The notes beneath the pieces are model-generated. The model saw only the letters and a program-made list of their open reading frames with translations, had not been told where the DNA came from and did no database searches. A program made the translations under genes and the position numbers. A stretch of DNA of 64,000 nucleotides from Batkoa obscura (Eukaryota), in contig JASVEC010000001.1 in NCBI GenBank assembly GCA_030770535.1, positions 124,001-188,000 on the forward strand, written 5' to 3'. The stretch's first letter is position 1. Each line of letters starts with the position of its first letter. Below, piece after piece: positions 52,185-64,000 of the stretch.

Positions 52185-53128
52185 GTGTATTGAGATGAAG
52201 GGAAGGAGATATTATTTATTAAGATGTCTATGGAAAATGAAGAGTAACAATCGTTGAAGTTATTATCAGGGTATTATATTCAACTAAATAATTATTTTAA
52301 TTTAGTAATAGTTACGTGATATTATGTGTATTTTTAGAATAATAAATTGTTATTTTCATTGAGATATTATTCATTTGATGTAGGTAAAAATTAGTTATAC
52401 TAAAAGGATAGGAATTTATTTTTTATAAAAGTTTATACTATCTCATATAGAATATATTACATATTGATAACCTATGATAAGATTATATAATAATATTAAA
52501 TAGAGGTAGTTTTTTGTACAATTTGACATTATAACAAAAGTGGTAAAAATACTAAATTCTTCTTAAATTGTCTATAAATGGTTTAATTTCAAAATCTATG
52601 CTTTTATTCATTGTTTAATTCTTTGATTTATTAAATCAATCAATCATTTATCTATTGATGATATTTTATCCGATCAGTTGACTTTTTATTACCACCTTCT
52701 TTTTACGATTTATCCCTCTTTATGTTATATGTTATTTATGCTATTCTATTTAGATATAATAATATACTAGATACTTGTATTTTATATATCAAATAAAACA
52801 CAGTGAATAAACACAAACAAGTATTTAATTTATAAATAAAATATTCACAGCATTTTTTACAAATATAACCTTACATCAATTAACTCTAGGTAGCCAATCA
52901 AAATCAAATTTTTAATAATCAAAAGAATATATTTTCCATTTAGATGTCTCATGACAACTCCATTCACCTATCAATTGAATATTTTTATATGCACTTCAAG
53001 TCACATTTTATGCTTACAAGACAATAAAAAAAGTAAAACAAAAATCTCATATTTCGAAAACTATATAAACGCTAATGAAAACCAGCATTTGATTTAATCT
53101 TGTTCAACTCCAAAAAAAATAATAAAGA

Positions 53129-55146
53129 ATGTCCATTATCAAAGCCAAGGATACAATTAGTATCCCAACTCATTTAAATTTAACAGATTTCATTTTCAAT
53201 ACTTCTAATGCTTACAATCCATGTTTTAAAAATTGGGATTTAAATGCGTTTATTGATAGCGAAAGTCAAGAAAGCATCTCCAACTTTGAAATGAGAAATT
53301 TAGTTCATGAATTAGCTTCTGGTTTAGTTCATCATTTTAAACTTCAAAGAGGGGATGTATTACTTATCTTTGCTCCAAATCATATTCATTATGCTACTTT
53401 ACTTTTAGCCGCAACGAGTATTGGTAAGTGATGTTTTTTATTTTTATTTAATCTTAATTTTTTATTTGATTTTCAGGTGTTGTTGTTACCACTACCAACC
53501 CCAATTATACTGACAATGAATTAGTCCATCAATTAGAACATTCTAATGCCAAACTTATTTTCACTGTCCCAGAACAAATGGGTATTGTGAGTAAAGCCTT
53601 AAGTAAACTAAAACATGAAATCCAAGTAGCTAGTATTGAAAAAGAAGGCTTCAAGACAAAACATACTGCCGTAATTGGCTTAAACCAATTAAAAACTAAA
53701 AAGGAATATTTGAAATTAGTATTTAAAGATCAAGAGGAAATTAAATCCACTCCAGCTATGATTGTTTATTCTTCAGGAACTACTGGGTTACCTAAAGGTG
53801 TGGTTTTAACTCACTATAATTTGATTTCTAATGTATTGCAAACGGAATCTTTGTCCAGAGGTGCCCATGCCACTGGTAGAGTTACAATAGGTGTGTTGCC
53901 TTATTATCATTGTTATGGTATTGTTACTTTATTGCTAGTTGGCGTACATAATCATATGATTACAGTTAATGTTAAGAAATTTAATTTTGTTAAGGTAAGA
54001 GAGAATAATAAGGTTTTGTTTATTGTATTTATTAACTTTTTTTTAGCTATTAGAGTCTGTTCAAAAATTTAAAATTGAAACGATGTATTTAGCACCACCT
54101 ATTATTTTAGGATTGGCTAAAGTAAGTTTTATTATTATTACTATTATTCTATTGATTTTGTTGTTGTTTTATTTTTTAGAGCCCAGAAGTCACCAAATAT
54201 AATCTCAGTAGTTTAAAAGCAATTGTAAGTGGAGCTGCTCCATTATCAATTGATACCGCTAAGTTGGCTAAGAAAAGATTAAATGTTCATATTGGTCAGG
54301 GTTATGGTAAGAATAATAATCCATTTTATATTAAATTAATAAATAATAATAATATTTAATTTCTAAAAGGTATGTCTGAATTAACTCCTGTGACCTCATT
54401 ATTACCCTTATCCAGTGATAATATGAGTTCCGCTGGTTTATTATGTCCTAATATAGAAGCTAAAATTATTGATGCAGATAATGGTAATTTATTAAATGTG
54501 GGGGAAAGAGGTGAATTATGGGTTAAAGGTCCTAATGTTATGTTGGTAAGTCTATAATAATAATAGTTATTATAATAACTTATATAGATTGATTTCAGTT
54601 ATTTATTTATTTAATATTTTTTAGGGTTATTTAAATAATCCAAAAGCAACAAAACAAACGATTGCTGAAGATGGGTTTTTAAGAACTGGTGATGTAGGGC
54701 ATTTTGATAAAGATGGTTATTTATATATTACCGATAGGATTAAGGAATTGATTAAAGTAAACTTTATTTTATTTAATTATATCACAATATTCATACTAAC
54801 CCATTCTTCTTAGTACAAAGGTAACCAAGTAGCCCCAGCAGAATTAGAAGATATCCTACTATCTCATCCCAAGGTCCTTGACTGCTGTGTGATTGGTATC
54901 CCTAATGAAGAAGCTGGAGAATTACCTAAAGCATATATCGTATTATCAGAAGCCGATCCGAAAAAAATTGAACTACAAGTGAATGAAATTCGTAAATTTA
55001 CTCATGAAAAATTAGCTCCTTATAAATATTTACGTGGTGGTATTGAGGTTATTAGAGAAATTCCAAAGTCACCAGCGGGTAAGATTTTAAGGAGAGTGTT
55101 GAGGGATATGCATTTGAAAAAACATGGTAAGAACGGCAAGCTTTAA
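53129..55146 (+). CDS. 4-coumarate:CoA ligase/luciferase-like AMP-dependent acyl-CoA synthetase, multi-exon
   Basis: [55 protein letters not shown]; ends -GKL. Confidence 0.92.
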
Positions 55147-56408
55147 TGAAGAGAGCAAATGGAGAGTTTTTTTTATTAATAAAGAGATATGAGTTTGTTT
55201 TGATTTTTTTGAAGCTGATTGTTTATAGTTTTGATATTTGAGCTAGCTGTGATTGAATTTTTTTATAATGAGTGGCCTTTTAATGGTGATATATAAACGT
55301 TCAAAGTTTCAATTGATTGCCTTAGTAGTATTTGCCTTATAATAAAACTTAAAGGATAAAATAAATAAAATTAATTAGGGTTAGAAAACTAGTAAATTGC
55401 GCTCTACCATATAGTCGGTTTATTGTAAACTTTACCTTTCTGGTCAACAATAAAATACTCTCCATTTCCATCTTCAGTACCTTTATCATGAGACAAACTC
55501 GGAAACTTTTCTATATTGCTTCCACCAATGCATCCTCTCTGGTTCACCTTAACCTAGTATTTCTTCCTACTTCTCCCTTCAACACATAACCCTAACTATT
55601 GTTGGTATTTATATCTTAAAATTATGATTTAAGGATTTTTTCCTTACTTTTATCCTCTATATTTAACTAACTGCGTCTCAACATTCACCTTAATACCTTA
55701 TTTTTTAAAGATATTTTTAATTTCATTTTCACATCTCTTTATTAAGATTGAGTTTTATTTCAGAAACGCCACAGATCTAGATTTAAATTGTAAATACAAT
55801 TTATAAATATTATAAAAGTATGAATTTTAAATGATTTTAAATAAAATAAAATTTATAGTAATAGTAATAATTGTATTTATAATTATAATTTTAAAATAAA
55901 ATATTATAGTTTGTTTACATTTTAATAGCTATTTATAATAATCCAGAGTTTATGGAATTTTACAATAAAATAAAAAAATATTATTAAAGTTTATTATTGA
56001 TAACAATAAACTTAATCAAGTAATATATAAAATTAATGCTTTAAAAAAACAGGAAACAAAAACTAGCAAGTAGGATTATTATCAACTATAGCTTTAATAT
56101 ACTTTTTTGATAAATGTAAAAGTTTTAGATTTAATATAAATAGAAATTAATATAATTATTTGAAAATAATTAATAGTAATAAATATCAAAATTATAATCT
56201 ATTATTAAAAATATAAAAAAAATTAAAAATAAGCAAATTAAAATTATTGCATAATATCTACTTAATAAGTCAATCATTTTATCAAGGTTTAATAAAAAAT
56301 AATGATAATATATATTTATCGGATAATATATATATATATATTAAATAAAAGTAAAAAAGTGATATATAATAAATATTTTAATAATTCAAAAAATAAAGCA
56401 GTAACTAG

Positions 56409-56706
56409 TGTGAAATATTGCTTTATCAGCTCTCCGATTGATTATAACATAATCAATTATTTAAGTTGTGTTCTCAAGTTCAAGCACAGTCAAGTCGGAG
56501 TCTCTTATTTTGATTTGTTGCGAGAATTTGTAACTTCACATTGCAAAGAATATTATCCTCTCGTTTTGATATCCATACTTGTTGGAGTATAAAAGAGATC
56601 CTTCGTGACCAAGTGGTAGCAATTCTCACAGTAAATCTATATAAGGAACTCTGAATTGGTTATTATGCTATAATCAATCATAGAGTTAATGAAGCGATAT
56701 TTCACA
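56409..56706. mobile_element. Non-autonomous TIR element, TGT...ACA ends, ~50-bp imperfect TIRs
   Basis: TGTGAAATATTGCTTTATCAGCTCTCCGATTGATTATAACATAAT pairs with ATTATGCTATAATCAATCATAGAGTTAATGAAGCGATATTTCACA; left part repeated at 349-544. Confidence 0.7.
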
Positions 56707-57332
56707 ATAACACTAAAATAATTTATTTATTTGATAGCAAATTTGCAATATTAGCTATAAAGCAGTTAGTAATAAATATTTTTTAAGGTTTTATAAAAAA
56801 ACACATTTATTTATATATTACAGCTTTGACTAATATCAATATATAAGTTGTACTAGTAAAAACTTTGCTAATCTGGGAGTTTCTATTCAATTCATTAAAA
56901 ACTCTGTCAATTTACAATACAAATTATAATAAAATAAATTAAAACTGTATCTGAGTACTTTTGTTTTTAATAAAAAATCTATTTTTATGAAATCTTAAAC
57001 AAAGCTTTTAAAATATAAAATATTTAAAAATTGGATAAAAAAATGAAACCACCTTGGACATCCCTAAATTATTATTATAATTTCATTTATAGCAACTATC
57101 AACAAGCACTATACTATTCTAGAAAGTCGACCCATCTAGGTCAATGGTAAAAGCAAGAAAAGTACATTAAAAAATAGTTGTAAAAATCCAAGCTTTTATA
57201 TAAAATTTGAGTCTTCAATTAACACCAAAACCTTTTGTAGCTAATATTATAAATATTTTAGAATATTATGTCACAAACATAGGTGATATTAAACAAAAAA
57301 ATAAAGAGCTATTTGGATCGATTTCTCAAATA

Positions 57333-57395
57333 TATATTAAAAGCTTAAATAATATGTACTTTTTTAAAATATATATTATTTAAGCTTTTAATATA
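57333..57395. repeat. Perfect 23-bp hairpin
   Basis: TATATTAAAAGCTTAAATAATAT, 17-nt loop, ATATTATTTAAGCTTTTAATATA. Confidence 0.8.
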
Positions 57396-57402
57396 AGTAC
57401 AT

Positions 57403-57678
57403 GGGATATTTTTTTACAAATTGTCCTTTTTTGCTATTATTTTAAAATTTAGAATTAATTAACCAGTACGCTATTGAAGCTTGAATTTGTACTAACTAAC
57501 CATTCATTTTAAAATAGAAATTAAATTAATAGGCATCAAATTAATATAATAGGAACAAATAATTAGTTATAAAACTCATCATTTCCAGGACACATTTGAA
57601 CTTAAACAGCCGCATTGGTTGACTAATTTTATACTTTAAAATAATAGCAAAAAAGGGCAACGGGTAAAAAACATTCCC
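57403..57678. mobile_element. Second MITE type, ~85-bp imperfect TIRs, GGG...CCC ends
   Basis: gggatatttttttacaaattgtccttttttgctattattttaaa pairs with tttaaaataatagcaaaaaagggcaacgggtaaaaaacattccc. Confidence 0.8.
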
Positions 57679-57682
57679 GTAT

Positions 57683-57781
57683 GGGGGTGTTTTTTTTGGT
57701 TTCATTATTTTTTCCATTTTTTAAGCACTATTTGAGCGGAAAGATTGTTAGTAAAATTCTTAAACAAAAAAATGCACCCCC
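57683..57781 (-). mobile_element. ~99-bp MITE, TSD GTAT
   Basis: GGGGGTG...GCACCCCC flanked by GTAT/GTAT. Confidence 0.9.
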
Positions 57782-58703
57782 GTATATTTAAGAATTAAAT
57801 AATTTTTTTTTATTTACTCCTAGAAATAACTTTCTTTTTTGGGCAAAAATGATGGCAAGTAAATCATTGGCTATAGCAAAAATCCAATTTTATAAAAAAT
57901 TTTAATAAAGACTTAATTTTAGCAAATAATTGATATTTTAAAATATCTTATTCAATTAACAAAAGATAAATAAAATACTTTGATTTGAATTTAAACTTTA
58001 GTCTTTTATTATTGATAATAAAATGCCGCTTAGTTATTTAAAAAAAAAGGTTTAAAAAATAAAAGCAAACCTGTTTAAATAAATTCACTTTTTAGGCTTA
58101 AGTTTTATTTTTTTCGGAATTTATTTTAGCCATGAAATTGAAATTTTTAATCAAGAATTAATTTTTACTCTAATTCCGCAGCTTTTGTAGCTAGAATTTG
58201 CCTAATAAAAAGTTAGTTCTAGGAATACCCAAAAGTAATTTTATTTGAGTTTTTAAAAAAATGTCAATTAAAATTTGAGATTTTTAAAATTAAGTGTATA
58301 ACAATTCAAACAGTTAATTAAAATTTAAGTTTGAAAAAATAGGCTTTAATAATACTCAAAAACTATTCTATCGATTTTTTTCATCTGAAAGCACATGGTT
58401 GAGGAACTGATAGAGTATTAGTTAAAACAAAATTTATTCATTTAGACCAGTTCGTAATAATACTTGTTAATAAAGTAAGTAAAAATGTTAAATTTAAATA
58501 TGTAAAAATATATTAAAAAGGTAATTTATATATATATGTTGATTAAAACAATATTTGTTTTAGAGAAAATAATTAGTTTTAAAAAGAAATTCCAATAAAA
58601 AAACAAGAAATTGATTTGATTGAGGTCAACAAATTTGTTTATTTAGTTTTTTGTTAAAAAATAATAAATAATAATTATTCTTTTAATTTTTAACAGTGTG
58701 ATG

Positions 58704-58775
58704 TTCTTCATGGTCCAGTGGTTAGGATTTTCCGCTTTCACCGGAACGGCCGGGGTTCGATTCCCCGTGAGGAAG
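58704..58775 (+). tRNA. tRNA-Glu(TTC)
   Basis: Identical to 42393-42464. Confidence 0.95.
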
Positions 58776-59449
58776 TAACTCACGAGTTAATAGTTTTATT
58801 AAAGATTTTTAGCATATGAATAGTTTATAACATCTATTTAATTTTTTACACTATAAACCAAATATCAATACCTTTTATACTGTTTGTTATAGTTAAATTA
58901 CTTTGCTAATACTTGTAAAGCTTAAACGAAATTTCAAATAGTGTAATTTTGTTATTAATAACTGCTATTGTGTTTCCTTTATACACTTCTGATCAAAATG
59001 GTTAAGTTAAACATTTCGGATAAAGGACTAATGTTTCTCATTGTACCCCCAAAGTAACCATAAGGCATTACTTTTTATAGGATTACAAATGCTGGTCAAT
59101 ATAGTACTTTTTGCTTTTTTTTTCCTGTTAGTATAAATTACCTTTTAAATGTTTTTATTATTTCGCATAAATAAAGGTATTTACAGTTAACAACTATTGG
59201 ACAATAGTTAATCGAATTAAATTGAACTGCATAATTTAAGAATTTAATGTCAAGATTGTACATTATTATACAGTTATACACAACACCACAATATGTAATC
59301 TTGTAAAATTAAAGCTTATTTTATAAATTATCTATTAATATTATTTCTTTATTTGGCTTTTATAGTTTTGCAATAAATTGAAACAATATGTAAAAGGTTA
59401 TAAAGAGCCATATTTAATGATATAGTCCAAACCGCTAGAAATTTTGTAT

Positions 59450-59490
59450 GGGGGTGCCTTTTTTGTTTAACTTTATAATAAATTTTCCAG
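59450..59490 (+). mobile_element. Truncated left end of the ~99-bp MITE
   Basis: GTAT then GGGGGTGCCTTTTTTGTTTAA...AATTTTCCA. Confidence 0.55.
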
Positions 59491-59660
59491 TTTCATTCTT
59501 GAATAGATATGGATAAAAATGAATAAGATATTATTGTAGGCATTTTTAGCATATATTTGCTTAAAGCAACTTTGAAAACTTCAACATGGTGAAATAGTAG
59601 CACAATTATGTATTTTATTTAAGAAGTGATAGATGAAAATAAGCGGTAAAGAGATGACGG

Positions 59661-60194
59661 TTATAATAATAAATAGCTTAAACTCATCCTTTTTGCACTC
59701 TTAGCTGAAGATGGAGGGGAAGGAGGAATAGAATGAAGCATCATGTTAGAGTTTGATTCAAAGTTACTTTGAGATGATAGCATGGAAGGGGGAGTTGTAT
59801 TAATTTTATTCGTTTTGGGTGATAAACTTGAAGAGAGCTTTAAGAAAAATGATTCCTCAATAGTATTTATCCATTGAAGCCCGGTATTGATTGGTACTAG
59901 ACTCGTCTTCTTCTTTTCCCTACATCTACGATTTTGAAACCAAATTTGAAATTCTCTTGGATCCATTTGTAATTGTTGAGATATCTCTTTACGTGCGTCT
60001 TTCGGAGGGTATGGATTGAGAGTAAATATTGATTCTAGAACTTTATGTCTCTCTTTTTTTAAAAGGCTCCTGATTCTTTTCTCTTTACTATCACCACTAC
60101 TGCTCTTATTGTCTCTTATTTTATTCTTGTTATTATTAGGATCAGATGAAAAACTAAAGATATAAGTTTTATAGCTCTTAGTAGATTCGAACAT
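59661..60194 (-). CDS. Homeodomain transcription factor (Q50 class)
   Basis: KEKRIRS...LESIFTLNPYP...RKEISQQL...QIWFQNRR. ATG at 60194 preferred over 60275, which overlaps a TATA-like element. Confidence 0.88.
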   Translation of the reverse strand: MFESTKSYKTYIFSFSSDPNNNKNKIRDNKSSSGDSKEKRIRSLLKKERHKVLESIFTLNPYPPKDARKEISQQLQMDPREFQIWFQNRRCREKKKTSLVPINTGLQWINTIEESFFLKLSSSLSPKTNKINTTPPSMLSSQSNFESNSNMMLHSIPPSPPSSAKSAKRMSLSYLLL

Positions 60195-61158
60195 ATCTCG
60201 CAATGGGTAAATAAATAGAATGATATTAAATAAGATGGCTCTTCTTTTAAAATAAATGCTATTCTTGAACTTCATTTATATACCCTTTTCCCAAATCCTA
60301 ATTAATAGCAAATTATTTTATATCAAAGTTTAGTTAATAAAATGGCAACAGTAATTAAGCTTCTTTATTTATAAAGATACGCCTTTTTTAGGAAATATTT
60401 ATTAGCGAGAGGAAAAATAGAAAAATCAATTGCAAAAAAGATTTTAAAAAACCTCCAGTCTAAAATCTATAAGTTATAGATATACATTTGATTAATAAAT
60501 GATTTGTATGGTATTAAAAGATACAAAGAACGATTAAGAAGAAGCGAACAAAAGGTCGTAGGAAAAACTATTAATTTGTAATCTTTACTGGTTTCTTAAT
60601 GATCTCTATTTCCTATCTTTACTTTTTTTTTTATTTGTTCTTGATTAGAAAACTTTAAACTACACTTCCAGTAATCTTATAAGGTTATTTCTAAAGTAAT
60701 CTCCCTTCCTTAGGCAACATTCAGGGAGTGTCAAGCGGAATTATAATGGTGCTATCAAAATAAGCAATATATAAGAAATTTCAACCAAAATTTTAAAACA
60801 GGTAGTTAATTATTCTATATTGGTATATATTTTTTCTAATTTTTTATATAAAGCTACTCGTTAATTTACTAGAAAAAATACAGTTCTTTATAGAGATGGG
60901 TGTAGAAAAACATTTAATGTTAGGGGTAGTTGGGTTGGCGGAAAGCTATCAAATCGGAAATGCTTAGTTAATGATGTTAAATTATACTAGAAAATGGCTG
61001 ATCGAGTTTAAATTAAATAAATAATTTTATGCATTTAAACATTAGTTTCCGTTTTTTAAGCTCTTTATTAAAATTAATAGCGAATCTATTAGCTTTATTT
61101 AATCTTTTTGAGAGCATTTATTATGATTTACTTTAAGCTCTTTTTTATTTGCTGCTTT

Positions 61159-61306
61159 GGTAAGGTCCCTTATGGGTGTCCTTAGTCTTTGCACAATATC
61201 TTTTCAATCAAATATACAGGTATCTCTTATACAACTAGAGTCACCTGGTTGTTACAATTGCAAAAATATTGTGCAAAGGCTAAGGACACCATAGGGGAAC
61301 CTTACC
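61159..61306. mobile_element. 148-bp MITE-like element with ~50-bp TIRs
   Basis: GGTAAGGTCCCTTATGGGTGTCCTTAGTCTTTGCACAATAT pairs with ATATTGTGCAAAGGCTAAGGACACCATAGGGGAACCTTACC; no clear TSD. Confidence 0.75.
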
Positions 61307-64000
61307 GCTATTTCAAACCTTTCATGTAGTTTTTTTTTTCACCTCAATGATGAACATTACCTAAAAAAGGCGTCGACAGCTTTTATTTAAGAGGTTTTAT
61401 TTGTTGTACTGCTGACTTAATAGTTTTAAAGTAGATAGTGATTTCTTAATTTTTAATTTTAGCTTAGTTATTAATCTTTTTGGTCCTTCAATCAATTAAA
61501 AGTTGAAAATACTAACTTATTATGATTGATGATATTACAAGTTGACATTGAATGGAATTGATTGAAGTTTCTTCATTAATTGTTATAGTTAAACCCTTAT
61601 AATATATGTTCGAACATTGAATGTTATATTAAAAATAAAAATAAAAAAATCTTTTTTTATTTTTCCTAATTTAATCTTATTAGACTTATTGTGGTGAGTA
61701 TGTATGGTTTAGATATTTTTCGGCTTAAACAACCAACCAGTATTAATCTTAGATTAACAGAAGTATTAAGTATTTCCATAAATGGCATATAACTTTATTT
61801 TGAAAAAACTATAGATTAGTGGTTATGACTGATTTTTATTTTTAAATTTTTTAATAATCATATTTAATTAGACTTTGATTTTTCTGAAGCGTAAGTTATA
61901 TTGTAATAAAGCTTTATTATTGTAACTATATACTCCTCTTAATTTTTCTTATAAATTATTACAAGTTATTATCAAAATAACAAATAATACTCATTTAATT
62001 TCTAACAATAGTTTAGTGTTAGGGCCAATGGGTTACCCAAATAAATTGATTAGGGACCAACTACATAAAGTAAATAATATTTGAAAGTTGTGGTACAAAA
62101 AATTGTTTCATTCATTTATACCATAATATAGCAGTATTTTAAACTATACAATTGGACAAAAGAATTATTCTAGCTAAGCTTATAACAAATTAAACTAATA
62201 TCTAAAGCACTTAACATCATACTAGTACCTAATTATTTACATATAATTTATCAAATAAAACAATTCACAGTATAAAATCACTATGGTTGTTAATTGTTGT
62301 TTAAGTTCGGGATTATATAAACGATGATTCCGGGTATACATCAAGAGTTCGGAACATTTGCTTAAATGAATAATAATAAGTGTATCTGCTTTTTAATTGA
62401 TTATTATAAATGATACTTATAAACTTATAGCCGAATTGAACTTTATAGCTTAATAATATAGGAAAGAAGCCGAATTTTATAAACTTTGAAGTAAAAATGT
62501 ATATTTTTCTTATTTTATGAACAAAAATGAGAATACACTCTAAAAAAACCACTCCCTAATACAAAATACTAAGCAATTGTAAGCTACAGTTATAATTTTA
62601 AAAAGTATTTTATTGTATAATGTGGAAAGTTTTCTATATATTAGTGTGTGTTTATTTAATTTAAGCATTAATTCATAACAGTGGATATCCCCACTTTTGA
62701 AAGTAACAAATATTATTGAACTATACTAATATGGGTACTTCCGAGTTATCTATTAGTTCTATGTATGCTCAACAATCGAATTACTTCTTATAAAAGTGTG
62801 CATTTATACCGCTTAATTTATTTAGATAAAATATCATGTATTTCATTAACACAATTTTTGATCTAAATAAATTTTACTACAGTATAAGTCATTAAAACTG
62901 AAATTTTATGAATTAAGGACTTTGGTGGCTGAATAATTAAAATTTATATCATTTTTAAACTTTGGTAAAAAATATAATTTGTGTGCTAAAATAAAGTAAT
63001 ATTAAAGAATATCTTCAATACTGATAGAGCTTACTACTATAATCAACTTTTATGTTATTAGCAATCGGATTCAAATTCACATATAGAGCGAGATAAATGA
63101 AATTATAAAGATTCCATTACGCTTTTGTTATCCTTGTTTAGAGTTATTAATAAAGCTATTAAATAAACTATTTTGACTTATAAATTTTGAAAATTACCCT
63201 TTGGACATTAATCTTAATTAGGCTACGTACTTTTTTTATGAAACCGGCTATTTGAATAAGCTATTTATCTATTTGATTTTAATAATAAAACCCGTTGTGA
63301 CCATTTAGGTTGAATTGCCAAGAAGCTAAGTAAATATAGGGTATAAAATAAACATCAAAATTTTATATTACATATCTACTATAAAGTATAAATGATGACA
63401 TCAACTAAATAGTAGCCCTTTTGGTCATGTATCTTAAATTATACCACAATATCCCAAATGATCTTAAGAACTTTAATAAATATTATATTTCAAACATAAC
63501 ACTTATTATTGTATTTTACTCCAGTACCTAAGAATAATATAACTTTCATTGTATCACCTGGTCTAGATCCCATAGTCGTATATGTTTATTATATACCCAT
63601 TTACAAATATATTCATCGCAAATTTAGCATTTAAAAATATATTCTCAATTTTACACAAAATTGCTAGTTTTTTAAAGTTGGTAAGTTCACATATTTGCTA
63701 TTAAGGGATAGGTACAATCAAACAAACAAATAATTAATTATTAACAAACTTTGGATAATAATAATCAAATATTTTACTGAATGTGGTAGGGTAAAGTTAT
63801 TTTTGTTAGCTAATGAAATCATATCATAATCTGTAAGGTTATATAAGCTAATTGACTAATATTTAGCAAATAAATAAATAATAATAGCATATATTATTTA
63901 GTGCTCATCGGTATATTGCAAAAATGTATAGAGCTTATACCAGCTTAGTGACTCCATGCTTTTTTAGAATAAGAAAAATTAAAGTTGGCCGTAGGACCAT

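Noticed and set aside
56302..56592. 96-aa ORF (also 2692, 16791, 31407, 62313)
   Set aside because: Low-complexity AT-driven ORFs; 56302 runs into a repeat whose other copy does not keep the frame.

Overview
Very AT-rich eukaryotic DNA with short (~50-60 bp) spliceosomal introns. It is clearly fungal (Zn2Cys6 factor, SEC23, LSM3, nuclear tRNAs). The gene-family mix suggests an early-diverging fungus such as an entomophthoralean, which is inference only. The window holds two unrelated GPCR-like receptor clusters. The first has three intron-containing 7TM genes at 1.2-10.7 kb, one a pseudogene. The second is a head-to-tail array of seven intronless ~300-aa class-A-like 7TM genes at 21.2-35.6 kb: four intact, one with a lost start codon, two pseudogenes. 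Other genes are a secreted M64 metallopeptidase and its inverted, MITE-disrupted pseudogene copy, a mitochondrial malonyl-CoA:ACP transacylase, two tandem cytochrome P450s, four tRNAs, SEC23, LSM3, a Zn2Cys6 factor, a 4CL-like acyl-CoA ligase and a homeobox gene. Intergenic DNA is full of small non-autonomous elements. The main one is a ~99-bp MITE family (14 full or partial copies, 4-bp target-site duplications). There are also other TIR elements, a candidate tRNA-derived SINE and an apparently perfect 280-bp inverted repeat. All exon and repeat boundaries were read by eye; no searches were run.
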